Assembly: GCA_951406725.2 (NCBI GenBank)
Contig: OX597820.1
Span: 43,772,001 to 43,836,000, forward strand
From: Octopus vulgaris
Lineage: Eukaryota
Direction: 5' to 3'
Length of the DNA stretch: 64,000 bases
Shown here: in pieces, positions 14,052 through 30,286 of the stretch
Position numbering within the stretch: the first letter of the stretch is position 1
Layout of the letters: each line of letters opens with the position of its first letter
Notes under the pieces: model-generated
Databases searched by the model: none
The model's input: the letters and a program-made list of their open reading frames with translations, nothing else
Told to the model about the DNA's origin: nothing
Program-made: the position numbers and the translations under genes

Positions 14052-14917
14052 AGGAACTTTTCGAATGAAGAGCATAAGCGCATAAAGCGGATTCTCAAAA
14101 ACCAACCTACTAGTGGCAAAGCGAAGATTTGTAAGACATTCCAATGATTCTCCGTTTGAGATTCTTTAGCTGAATAGATGCACACTTGGCTCTGTGCATC
14201 GACAGCTCAATCGACACACCAACTCGACTACATATTTACAAAGCGCCGGGAACTCCCTTGACTCAGAAAGCCTTTTCGCTCTTTTTTAGCGACCGGTTTG
14301 AACTCTTTTAAAAAACTTAAATAAAACACACAGAAATACATATATATACATGCATACATACATACATACATACATACGTACATACATACATAAATACATG
14401 CGCACGCACGCACTCACACACATACACACACATATATTTATTTATGCAAGCCGTCATTCAGAAACATTAAAAATTCGCTATGTGCGTGTATGCATATGTA
14501 ATAATATTTGTGGCGAAGTTTCCTCCATTTCCTTTCATATTTTACATTATGGAAATCGTGTTCCGTGTTAATAGTGTGTTACAAATTTCGCACATTTAAC
14601 TTTGAATGACATTAGTGAATATTTACAATAGATACAAATGACGTTAAAAATATATTAGCGAAATAGATTCATTAATCAACTGCGTCTTTACAAATCACTT
14701 TTTAAAATGTGTTCTGAAATTTTAACTCAACGAATAATGGACTTGAAATTGGTTCAGTTAAATTTCCGTTTATTTCTCTATAAGTTCTTGATTTCACCAA
14801 TTTCTATAGATTCCATTTCAAATACAGGATGTATTATTTCGATGTTTTCATAAGTAATAAAAAAAATTAGAATTATATGTAAATGCATACTCACACATAT
14901 GCATATATTTATACAGT

Positions 14918-15058
<141 letters not shown>

Positions 15059-15212
15059 ATATATGTGTGTATGTGTATGTATATATATATATTCATACAT
15101 CTGTATATGTATACAAATTGCTAAATAAATTTAACGTCCTTCATTTAGTTATTTGTTTTTTTAATATATACTGCGAATTTTATCGTGTCTGGCATTCAAA
15201 GAATTTAGAGAC

Positions 15213-15248
<36 letters not shown>

Positions 15249-15350
15249 CACATAACACATGCATACATACACATATATTTACATATGTGCGTGATTGTTT
15301 CCATATGAGTATATATGCGTTTTCTCTAAGTTCATACGTTTGTGAATATG

Positions 15351-15409
<59 letters not shown>

Positions 15410-15589
15410 TATCTAGATACATTCATGCATATACACAATTACTTATATTGACATATATGTATATTTCCATGCTGGCATATATTCTATATACATATATATA
15501 TACACACATACACAGAGGGAGAGAGATTGATAAACAGATAAATCAAGATTGAAATACATAATTAGATACAGAATGAATATATATATGTG

Positions 15590-15628
<39 letters not shown>

Positions 15629-16995
15629 CATACGAACACACACACATATTCGTACACTCAGACACAAACATGCACTCATGTGCATTCGACTACTTCATAT
15701 ACACATACATGCAGGCATACGTTCATACATAGATGTCTACATACATAAAGATATATATATATATTATACATGTATATACGTATCCAGGCATTATATTTTT
15801 GTATACATGCATACATGAAGCAGTTGCATGCGTAAGCATGTATGTTTGACGAAATATATTGTGTTAGGTAAGTTTCCTTATATCAACTTTACAATTTTTT
15901 CCTGTACACTGCCCAAAATTTCTTTCTTCCTTTCTCCCTAAATACAACAAATCCATATTGACATCCTTGCAAATGCATTTGTATGTGCATACACACACAC
16001 ATGCACACACACGTATCCACCTTCCCAACAAAGTACTCATTTTGGAATGTGCTTTCATATTAATAGAATATATACCATTCAGATATATGTTACTCCTTAT
16101 CAAAGAACAACAAATTTCATTTAAACTTGCAGTAAAGAGGGAATTGGCAAACACACCTTAAATAAATAGTTATACGAAACTGTAAAAAAAAGGAGTCCAT
16201 AGAAAAGAAATTTAATTCGTTTTTCTGAGAGAAACGGAACAAAGTGTTGATAATAGTTAAGAAAAATAAACTTTCTCTTGATATAATATTTTATACCGAG
16301 TATATAGCTACTTGAGTTTTTGTGTTATATGAATAATTCATAATACAAAACCGTGAATATTACATTTCCTATCGTTAGGACTATTTAATCCAGTAAATAA
16401 ATTTTCTAAGGCCAGGGCGCTTGTTCAACCGGTGGAGAGTGGTAATATCTTGGCAGGGAGTAAGTTACTTCATAATTGGAGCGTAGTGTATAAAATCAAA
16501 TTTGATGAAATTTAATTAAAACGTATTTCGAATAAATATATTTATAGTATATATATTTTTTTCAATTATGGTGTAATGCAAGTAGTCGTCTTAATCGAAG
16601 TCGATCTTTAAAAAACAAAAGACAAAAAGGGAGCTAGATTTGAAGCAAGCCTATAGAAGTAAAAGCATGTTATTGATGATGTCGCGGACGGCGATAAAAA
16701 AACTTTGACAAATAAATTTTTGATTAATTAATGGAATAATTGAGCAAACAATCAATTAATTAGCTAATCAATAGATTTTTAATGAAGTGAAATTGAACCA
16801 GTACGTTTATTACTGTTCATTATGTGTGTAATGACCCTCCCAGCATACCATAAAATGTGTTCCAACACTTGAGTTCGCAACAAGAAACTTGCATAGCAAA
16901 TTTAAAATGAAATTGATTTTAAACTAAGTTAAGAAATAGTAAATCATTCATTTCCATTACATTTTTTGACTTTCAAATGACGTTCATTCCTCATA

Positions 16996-17363
16996 TCTAT
17001 ATATATATAAAGCTGAAGTTGTCTGTGCGTGGCAGGTTTGGTAGCCTTCAACTAACACTATCTCCTCCGAGACCCTGCGGGGCAAGTTGAGAGAATGATA
17101 GAAGGCTTGCTCTTCATTCCGTAGAAGATAAAATTCAAATCGGACCAAAAATTATTTACATCAAAAAGGTGCTTTTTTTCTATGAAAATCCCTATTTTTT
17201 ACGATTTTTTTACTGATGTGTCGCCATTTTTGGTGCATTTCAACCAGAAAAATGTTCACTTAAAGAGAATAACAAGCTACATAATGCAATTTTTTTTACT
17301 TTTCAAAAATTCCAATTCTAATGGGTCGAAACAAACCCGAGCAACGCCGGACGATACTGCTAG
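16996..17363 (+). mobile_element. Non-autonomous Helitron
   Basis: 5' A|TCTATATATATATAAAGCTG, a 3' GC hairpin CCGAGCAACGCCGG about 10 bp before CTAG|T, inserted between A and T, no TSD. Confidence 0.85.
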
Positions 17364-17719
17364 TCTTTTAATATATTTTGCTTATACAACTGATCTGAAT
17401 ATCATCAATACCACAGACAAAACACCGATAAACAAAGATATCATATTCTTACAAAAATGCACACCAAAACTGAATAAACTTTAACAAACTACATTTACCA
17501 ACACCTATTCACACTCAAAGTCATTCTGCTGCTTGTCAGGTTGAATTTATACAATTAACAACTTAAACATCGGATACAATCATGACTTTATACCGTCTGC
17601 CACTAACACAAATTTCGTGGAGAATAAAATTCGATGGCTTTGAACGTAGATACAAACTATAACTATCCAACAACTGGGTTGCTTAGAACCATTCTGCCAC
17701 GTTACGGATTAAATTTAGA

Positions 17720-18030
17720 GGACTTTGTTTTAGGACTGTCACTAGACATTTTTACTCAACCATGTCAGCCTTAATTTTCGGCGCAAGAAGTATAGTCTCA
17801 TGATATTAATCTGAGAACCTGGTAAAATATCTAAGGCTAATCACGTGATCATCCTCTACTACACTTGAAATATGAAATTCAGACAGCCTTGGTCGTTTGG
17901 GATTGTCACTAGACACGTTCACTTAACAGTGACAGCATTAAGTGACGGTGCCAAACGTATAATGACATAACATTAAAGAACGGACGTTGTGGAGAACTTT
18001 CTAAACTTGACCATACGATCATCTTCACAC
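17720..18030. repeat. Diverged ~167-bp tandem duplication
   Basis: gga(c/t)tgtcactagaca...gatcatc(c/t)tc occurs twice, at ~17733 and ~17900. Confidence 0.6.
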
Positions 18031-18152
18031 AGTGAAATCGTATCCAAAACATACTAATTTCAGCCATATTGTCTCTATAAAAACAATACGAGAGTATTGC
18101 CTTTCCAGTAAAGAATAGCCCGTGAGGGAAAATTATACAAAGAAGTAAATAT

Positions 18153-18492
18153 ATGGCACAACGAAGTACCGATATTTACTGGAAATAGCGAACGTAATAA
18201 TACGACGCTAATGTATAGCTTCACCGCGTATGTACTAGCAAAAATGCGAGAGTGCAACAAACTTGAAAAATTGTCTTACCGGCTCCGGTCCCACATTATC
18301 CTTTTCTAGGTATTTCATCTTTCAGATGTTCTCCCTGGAGGTAAGACAATTTTTTTCAAGTTTGTTGTACTCACGAATTTTTGCTTGAAGACAGTACATA
18401 CGCGGTGAAGCTATACATTAGCGTCGTATTATTACGTTCGCTATAAAAATAAATAACCAGTATATATATGCGTGGTGCTCGTATGACCATTC

Positions 18493-18494
<2 letters not shown>
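18153..18494. mobile_element. Foldback/MITE-like element with long inverted arms
   Basis: 18185-18236 is a perfect 52-bp reverse complement of 18393-18444. The arms extend inward to 18280/18340 and imperfectly outward; (TA)n lies adjacent. Confidence 0.85.
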
Positions 18495-18548
<54 letters not shown>

Positions 18549-19191
18549 TATATATGTATATATATACATATATATATCCAACACTGCGATACTTTTATAT
18601 TTCTTTGATAGTATACAAATTGTTCTTCAGTTGGTCCTTACCTTTTCCCCTTTCAAATATAAGCAGAAACATAGACGGGTATCGCTACAAATTCTCACAT
18701 TTTCAGATTTTATCTCAGTGTGCGGTATTTTAGTCTGCCGGCGTCTCCTACTCTAACCCTGCATTGAGCGATGCTTTATGAATGTGATTCAATAATCGAA
18801 GAGTCCTATGTACAGAATCCCATTCTGCACAAGCATATGCACACAAGCACACAAACACACAAGCACACGTATATATTGTTTGTGAGTGAGCCACGTGCTT
18901 ACGTGTGTTGGCGTTTTCATGTTTCAAGCTGTGAATCAATGCCTGTGTGTGTGTATCAATGAGTATTTTAGCTTCTTGGTAAAATAAAGGTTGATAAAAT
19001 AAGAGATTGGATTGAAAAATGGACGTGATTGGATCAACAACTGAAGGGCAAGCCTCAACTTGACTTCAAGGTAAGGACGGGAACTACGAAAAGAACCAAT
19101 ATCGATGCGTATTCTCGTTTAAGTCACACACACACAACACATGCGTATACACGCACAAATGCACATATAAATGTATGTGTATATATATATA

Positions 19192-19304
<113 letters not shown>

Positions 19305-19329
19305 GTACAACGTTAAAAAACAGAAAGTT

Positions 19330-20930
19330 ATATATATTTCGTGTACGGTGTTGATTCAATGCTGGGGAATAGTAATTGAAATGAGTACGAACTGCTGCCT
19401 TAAGTGAGTCAAATAGGGTGACCATGAAGCAGTGAACGTATGACAAAAACAAAATGGAGAAAACAACGAATTAAGTCCTAAATAAAATTAATAATATAAT
19501 TATTAAATGATTGGGAGACGGGCATAGATTGAAAATGAAGAGCGAGTAGCCAAGAAGGATGCCGTTTTGTGGAGTAAGTCAAGATGGACGTTTAGAGTGG
19601 GTGCGCAGATGCCTGAGTCAGAATATTCGAGCACCTTCAATCAATTAAATGGGGATGGTAGCATGTATTAGTGTGGTGTATGAATGTATAGAGATCTTTG
19701 TCTTTGATTCCCTTCGGTTAAGAATCACCATGGTATTGCACCTAGAAAGTTCCTCTCCGAGACACAAGTCCGGGAAGGTTGTTTATGGAGGAACAGCAGT
19801 TGCCCATGCATACCAGTATCCCCTTTCCACACCACCAATGTTGTCCAAGGGAAAAGCTTGGTACCAATCACGTCGAAACTCATTTCTACAGCTGAGTGAA
19901 CTGGAGCAATGTGAAATAAGGGGTCTTGCTCAAGAACACGGCACACAGCCCTGTCCAGGTATCCAACCCGCTACCTTATGATTTTGAGCCCAACGGTCTA
20001 ACCACTGTGTCATGCGCCTTTACCTGCATATAGATATGAGGGGAAATTTTGTATTGTTGGTTTCGGGCGGAGGGGCGGTAATGTGATGTCGATGTATCTG
20101 TATAGGTTTCATGGTTAGTGTGAAAGCCTAAGCGTCAAGCCGTTCGAGAGTACATGTGTGTGTGATAAAAAATGTCGAAGAAACCGTATTTGATTGTATG
20201 GAGAGACGAAATTTGGTGTAATACGCATGTTACATATGTGAGTGCGTATGTGCAAAACAAAAAACATGTTCTGGGGAAAGAGTTCTTGTTTTATTTTTGC
20301 TCGTGCAAAAGTGAAAGAGAGAATGAAAGCTTAAAAAGTAAATTAAGAGGTCAAAATACCCGGGATGGTAAACAGCAAAGATTATTCTAACAGTCCAAGA
20401 CGTCCGTAACGTACAAGAAGCTAATGAAGTAGATGCACAATATATATATATAAAACGAAAAGGTATGAGCTTCAATATATACGTGCACATTGAAACTATC
20501 GAAAATGGCCGATGGAAAAAGGAATGAAGAACAAGTGTTCTTTTCTAAAGGAGGAGCTAAAACAAGAGTAAGAAAGCAGTGAAAAATGTAAGAATGTGTA
20601 GATGCGAAGGTGTAACAGAGTGAGCATTCGTCAATAAATTTGAGCGATAAATGGAAGGAGGTTGAAGATGTCTACATGTCTTTCTATATACGTATCAATG
20701 AGTGTATAGAAATAGCAGTGTGAATGTGTCAAACAGCAGTCCTCTTTGTGTGTAGAAAGGGGAGTAGTCGAAGAGAACAAATAGTGTAAGGGTGAATGCA
20801 GATAGTTTGAATTCTTGCATTGGAAGAGTGTTACCTTGATTTGGTGGATAGGTCTGGTTTGGAAATGAGGCGAGTTTGATGTTTTGTAGTACGATTGCAA
20901 GTGAGACTATTATTCAATAAGGAAATGAGA
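19330..20930 (-). mobile_element. Highly decayed Penelope-like (Neptune-type) retroelement
   Basis: Minus strand FRFIYIYCASTSLASC..IFAVYHPGYF aligns with the PLE RT motif FRYIDDC.GA.SCS..FVNSFHP.LKF. VSPYNQIRFLRH resembles SIPYSQ.LRLRRI. Confidence 0.5.
19720..20021 (-). mobile_element. SINE family D (tRNA head, CORE/Ceph-like body) inserted in the Penelope relic
   Basis: Minus-strand head AAGGCGCATGACACAGTGGTTAGA and body GTTCTTGAGCAAGAC..CCAGTTCACTCAGCTGTAGAAATG. Homologous to 52098-52970. Confidence 0.75.
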
Positions 20931-20995
20931 TGGGCAAACAGCTACAGGTATGTAAGTCTGTGAGTGGAAGTAAGGTATATGTATGTGTGTGTGTC

Positions 20996-21180
20996 CTCCT
21001 GCCACCGGTCGACAACCGGTGTTACATCCCCGTAACTTAACGGTTCAGCAAAAGCCACCGGTGGAATATGTACCAGGCTTTAAAAATTATGTACTGCGTG
21101 CGATACAGCCGACTAAAAATTCTTCAAGGCAGTGACCCAGCATGGCTGCAGTCTAATGGCTGAAACAAGTGATAGATAAA
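20996..21180 (+). mobile_element. SINE family A, 3' half
   Basis: ccccgtaacttaacggttcagcaaaag..ccagcatggctgcagtctaatggctgaaacaagt. Confidence 0.75.
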
Positions 21181-21186
21181 AACGAT

Positions 21187-21235
<49 letters not shown>

Positions 21236-21240
<5 letters not shown>

Positions 21241-21410
21241 TGCTCCAAACATGAAAACACCAAGAGAAAACGCAACGACGCGAGGAAGTGGAACAAATGT
21301 AGTATTATTGGACGCTCAGGAAGGAAGGGAAGAAGGAGGGTTTTACGTTTCGAGCGGAGCTCTTCGTCAGAAACATAGGAAAAGGAAAGATCCAGAGAAG
21401 GGAAGACGGA
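21236..21410 (-). mobile_element. Penelope-like terminal-repeat fragment embedded in (TA)n
   Basis: Flanked by (TA)n on both sides, contains a hammerhead motif and is homologous to 42203-42393. Confidence 0.7.
21340..21374 (-). ncRNA. Minimal type I hammerhead ribozyme
   Basis: Minus strand gttt-CTGACGA-a-gagc-tcc-gctc-GAAA-c-GTA-aaac: 4-bp stem I, stem II GAGC/GCTC, loopless palindromic stem III (ACGT), GUA cleavage triplet. Confidence 0.75.
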
Positions 21411-21445
21411 TATATATGTGTGTGTGTGTGTATTGTGTATGTATG

Positions 21446-21480
<35 letters not shown>

Positions 21481-21482
<2 letters not shown>

Positions 21483-21881
21483 TTTACTTGTTTCAGTCAT
21501 GTGACTGGGCCATGCTGGTGCACCGCCTTTAGTCGAGCGAATCGACCCCAGGACTTATTCTTTGTAAGCCTGGTACTTATGCTATCGGTCCCTTCTACTG
21601 CACCGCTACGTTACGGGGACGTAAACTCACCAGCACCGGTTATCAAGCGATGTTGGGAGAGGACAAACACAGACACACAAACACATATACACACACATAC
21701 ATATATGTATTCATATATACGACGGGCTTCTTTCAGTTTCCGTCTACCAAATCTACTCACAAGGCTTTGGTCGGCCCGATGCTACAGTAGAATACACTTG
21801 CCCAAGGTGCCACACAATGGGACTGAACCTGGAACCATATGGTTCATATGCAAACTACTTACCACACAGCCACTCCTACGC

Positions 21882-21883
<2 letters not shown>
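21481..21883 (-). mobile_element. SINE family A, full length
   Basis: Head AGGCGTAGGAGTGGCTGTGTGGTAAG, internal (TG/TA) tract and tail GACTGAAACAAGTAAAAG. Confidence 0.9.
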
Positions 21884-21974
<91 letters not shown>

Positions 21975-22784
21975 TACACATGTTTCTATTTTTATGGGAG
22001 CATGTATGCAAGTATTCCGTTATGAGTAGACTAAAAGTGAGAAATTTCGCACCGAAATACCTTTGTAAACGTCTCAGTCTAACAGAACATAAAAGTCATA
22101 GAAGAGAAAACATTACGTGTAATTTAATAACCAAAACCTAAACTCAATAAACAACTATCTTGCACTGATAGATCTCCCCCAAAAGACAACCGTACATACG
22201 TGTGTATGCCCACGACGTGCATCCACCATATATATGTGTATATACATGTGTGTGTGTGTGAGAAAGAGAGAGTGTGTGTGTGTGTGTGTGTAAGTGTGTG
22301 TAGACATATACATGTACATACAGTTGTGATAAATACCATAATATATACGTATATATATATTATATATATATAAATGTGAGTGTGTGTGTACATACAATAT
22401 ATATGTACGCGTGTATGTATATGTATGTATTTATGTATACTGATGTCTGCGTTTGTGTGAATGTATTTGTACGTGTTTGTGTCTGTCTGTGTATATCTAT
22501 GCATCTATATAGGTTAACGCAACTAGACGGGCATGAACAAACACTTCAAGATAAAAAAAGAAATTGTTTCTCTTGCTAAACCTATGAAACATTGACTTCA
22601 CATCTACTAATCAAATCTAGTACAAGTAAACGTCAAATCTAAATGTGGACTTTTATTTGGAACTTATATATGCAAATAGAGACACCTTGATCTGGCTCCG
22701 ATAGTTCCTAATTTTTTGATTTTTCTTCAAAACAATCAACAGCAACAACGAAGACAACAACAGCAACAATATTAATAATCATTT

Positions 22785-23174
22785 CAATAATAGGCACAAG
22801 ACCTTGAGTTTTGAGGTGGGAGCTAATCGATTTTATCAACACCAGTGGTTGACCGATACTCATCCCGTCGACCCCGAAAGGGCGGAAAGCAATGTCAACC
22901 TTGCGGAATTTGAACTCAGAACATAAAAACAGACGAAATGCCTATTTCTTTACTACCCACAAGGGGCTAAGCACAGAGGGTACAAACAAGGACAGACAAA
23001 CGGATTAAGTCGATTACATCGACCCCAGTGCGTAACTAGTACTTAATTTATCGATCTCAAAAGGATCAAAAGCAAAGTCGACCTCGACGGAATTTGAACT
23101 CAGAAAGTAACGGCAGGCGAAATACCGCTAAGCATTTTGCGCGGCGTGCTAACGATTCTGCTAGCTCGCCGCCT
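22785..23174 (-). mobile_element. SINE family B tandem dimer
   Basis: Full head AAGGCGGCGAGCTAGCAGAATCG at 23174. The second unit restarts headless at AAGAAATAG|GCATTTCGTC (~22940). Confidence 0.85.
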
Positions 23175-23178
23175 TCGC

Positions 23179-23256
<78 letters not shown>
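23179..23256 (+). repeat. (TAA)n microsatellite at the 5' flank of the Dong element
   Basis: Direct inspection. Confidence 0.95.
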
Positions 23257-26967
<3,711 letters not shown>

Positions 26968-27978
26968 ATTTGCTATTGATCTCGTGCAGGATACCCAAAC
27001 TGAACAACCCGAAGGAAGTACGGCAACTATTGTTGCAAAGAAGGTGAAAATGATGGCAATGAAAAAAAGCGCACGAGTAATTGGCTGATAGGTGGGAGGA
27101 GAAACCTCTGCACGGCAAATATGTGACCCGCAGCAAACATGCTGATGTTGACCAGAAGCAAACCCATCAGTGGCTACGGAGCTCAGGGCTAAAAGCAGAG
27201 AGCGAAGGTTTCATCCTGGCTGCTCAAGATCAAAGCCTATTCACCCGGAACTACCAGGCCAATGTGATGAAAAATGGAGTAGACCCAAAATGCCGATTCT
27301 GCAACGACATGATTGAAACAGTGGACCACCTAATCTCTGGATGTAAAGTCTTAGCACCAGTGGAGTATAAATTAAGACATGACAGAGTTGGCCAATATCT
27401 ACACTGGCTAATAAGTCGGCATTACAATATCAAAACTGCCGACAAGTGGTATAATCACCACCCTGAGGCTGTAACTGAAGGAGAAAATGTAACCATTCTG
27501 TGGGACTTTCCAGTACATACAGACCGAACCATCAAGGCCAATAAACCAGATATTGTTGTGAAAGACCAAAACAATAAAGCTTGCTTATTGATCGACATGA
27601 GCATCCCCTGTGATCATAATATCTCAGCGAAAAAGTTTGACAAGCTCAGAAAATATAAAGACCTACTCATTGAAATTGAGAAAATGTGGCATCTCAAGGC
27701 GGTTACAATACCAGTGATCGTAGGAGCACTAGGAATGATCAAGAAGGGAACCGAAAATTATATGAGAATGATCCCTGGCTTACCATCCATGCAAGAAGTG
27801 CAAAAGATTGTCTTAACTGGTACATCACACGTATTGAGAAGAGCATTGTCGATGTGAGAACTGTTGCTGCTCATGTATTTTAATTTTAAAAAAAAAAATG
27901 AACGAACTATTGAGTTTGGTTTAATGGCCTACCAATGTATACTATGAGTTTCTTCTTTGCCCTAGGAGTCGGGAAGCA
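26968..27978 (+). mobile_element. R4/Dong subfamily 2, 5'-truncated, with an open C-terminal ORF (CCHC + RLE) and 3' UTR
   Basis: ORF 27081..27857: KPLHGKY, WLRSSGLKAESEGFILAAQDQ, CRFC..HLISGC, RHDRV, KPDIVVKD, PVIVGALG, QKIVLTGTSHVLRR. Confidence 0.95.
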
Positions 27979-27984
27979 TGTTTT

Positions 27985-28258
27985 GGAAGCATGTTTTGTT
28001 CAACATCCGTAAACAACTTTTATTGGGGGACCTTTTGAGCGGGATGGGCAACTCGACCTGAAAGAAATTCTAACTGGGCCCCACCTGCAAGGTCATGCGC
28101 TGTTTATCTTGATACGAGATCTCCATGTTGCACACATATGGTTGTGATGCATGTACCTGGTGTACCCTTATCAGGCGGGTAGTCATGCTGGGTATACTGG
28201 ACTTTGTATAGTTACCCCAGTGTCACTTTTATGCCATGCTCTGCCCTCTCACTCAATA
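27985..28258 (+). mobile_element. Dispersed non-coding repeat family E (3' part), ending in (TAA)-like tail
   Basis: Homologous to 29040-29310 (aattctaactg..acctg.aaggtcatgc..gggtata.tgg..accccagt..ctcactca). Confidence 0.7.
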
Positions 28259-28844
28259 ATGATAATAATGGTTACATATTTTGGCACAAAACCAGCGATT
28301 TCAAGGGCGAGGTAAGCCGATTACACCGCTGACAATATTAACTACTGTTCTATACATACGTAGAGACTGTTTTCATTCATGAATGTAGTATAAAGTCAAA
28401 AATTGTCCGATAATCTACCTACGCTACACTTAACAGGTAACCTTACCTCTTTCAACTCTGTCTTACACTCCTGTCAATGGGTGGTTGTTTTTCTGCAAAT
28501 TCTTCCTTCTTCTTAACCCCTCTTTCTCTTTATGTTATTTTTCTTTTTCGTTTCAAGATTTTTGTATATCACTTCCGCAATGATAATATTCTCTCTACAT
28601 CAATTTGATGTAGAATGAATATATATCCCAAAGTGATGTAGAATGAATATACATCTCCAGATAAGCCTGCCATGCATAGCTGAAAGTATTGAGAAGGAGA
28701 AATATAATTTAGCCAAGTATAGTAGAATATCCAATGAGAGACTGAGAAGATCAAACATGCAAGAAGGCCTACTGTGAAATGTTGAAGTCATAGAAAATAT
28801 GAAGAATATTAAAAAGGAATTAACTGATTGAAAGTGTTACTGTA

Positions 28845-29310
28845 CACACCCTTTGTCTTGGTGTAAAAGATGGGCTACAACAAATATTCCGATGAACACC
28901 ATAGATTTGTTTGTATGATCTTAATCAGTTGAGCACGCCCTGTGGTGACTGACGATATGTGCATCTGTGATCACGAGCAGAGGATGTTAGTGAGCCATAT
29001 GTTGAGAGGAGTTCTTTGAGCTTTGAATAATTCACATCTGGAAACAAGGATGTTTTATTCATTATCCTTCAACAAGGACATTTTGGTCGGGATAGGCTAC
29101 TCAACCTAAGGAAAATTCTAACTGCACTTCTACCTGAAAGGTCATGCACTTCTTATCTTGATATGAGATAATCATATCGTACACATTTGATTGTGGTGCA
29201 TGGGTCTATTGTACCCTTCTCGGACGAGTAGTCATGATGGGTATATTGGGCTTCATATATTTGTACCCCAGTATAACTTTGATGGTGTGAGCTGATGTCT
29301 CACTCAGTAA
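28845..29310 (+). mobile_element. Dispersed repeat family E, longer copy, followed by (ATG/ACG)n
   Basis: The 3' half matches 27985-28258 and the 5' half matches the minus-strand copy at ~56915-57100. Confidence 0.7.
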
Positions 29311-29358
29311 CAATGATAATGATGATTATGATGATGATGATGATGATGATAATGATGA

Positions 29359-29403
<45 letters not shown>

Positions 29404-30286
29404 TGATGATGATGAGGATGAAGATGATGATGACGACGATGACGACGACGACAACGACGACGACGATGAAGATGATGATGGCAATTACAGCGCATCTGAA
29501 CACAAAAACGGAAACATCTGTACGCCAATATGTTGTTTAATACATTTTGCAAGATAAATATTTTACTGTGAGAAACTTGTGATGCCGATTCCATTATCCC
29601 AATGCGAGACAAATAAAGCAAATGATTTATTGAATTCCGACATTATATTAAGTTGTATATATTTTGTCGACCTACATTGGATAGGCTAAAAAGCTAACTC
29701 AATGTTGCTATCGTTAAATACTTAGCTGAATTTTAGAGAAATAGATACACAAGTGCATCTAGCGTGACTATATACTGACTTGGTAATGTCTACAAGCCTT
29801 ACAACAACTATAAAATCCTCATTACATCTGAACTGTATAAAAACTTTATTGTAAATGACAGCGCTAAATTAAAAAGAATCACATGGGACATAATTGACAT
29901 ATCTTGATTACTTTCCAATTAACTTTTCAAGACTGTCAATGTTGTACGTTGTTAGAATTTCAAACTGACCAAAAGCTAGCGTAGAGTTTTCTTACTGTCA
30001 GCAATTGTAGCTTCGTTGAAAGTAAAAAGCAACAAATGTTTCGAGACTTGTCAGACGCACGTTGACGAGTCTCGATCATGCAATACTTTCAACTGCCCAC
30101 TAAATTCTAACTCTGTAGTAGAGAACGCATATTTTTATAATTCTGTCCGTTCCTGAGATAGTGTAAATTTTTTCATGAGCCAGAAAGGTTAAAAATTATT
30201 GGCCAGTAATAACTGTGGAAGTGTTATAAATAATTCTAAAACTTGTTTCTTTTTTTTTTATTTTCATTTCGCTACGATGCAACATG

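Larger units (their letters stand above)
9200..14330 (+). mobile_element. Decayed, near full-length R4/Dong-like (RLE) LINE, interrupted by a mariner and two SINEs and ending in (CATA)n
   Basis: RT motifs YRPITFLNIIYKLYTG, WLDYEKESDSVSH, GIFPGDSL and HIFFVDDLKLY. RLE region RPDIVLWDRKQK and FVPTILDALGYVP at ~13180-13380. C-terminus GKAKICKTFQ* ends at 14147. Confidence 0.85.

Noticed and set aside
16411-16459. Possible 49-bp micro-exon (ttttctaag|...|gtaagt)
   Set aside because: Weak acceptor, no partner exons or recognisable peptide; it would need RNA-seq support.
27081-27857. 258-aa ORF as a host or domesticated nuclease gene
   Set aside because: It has no ATG start (TTG), is the 3' end of a 5'-truncated Dong copy, and related decayed copies lie at 41200 and 47400.
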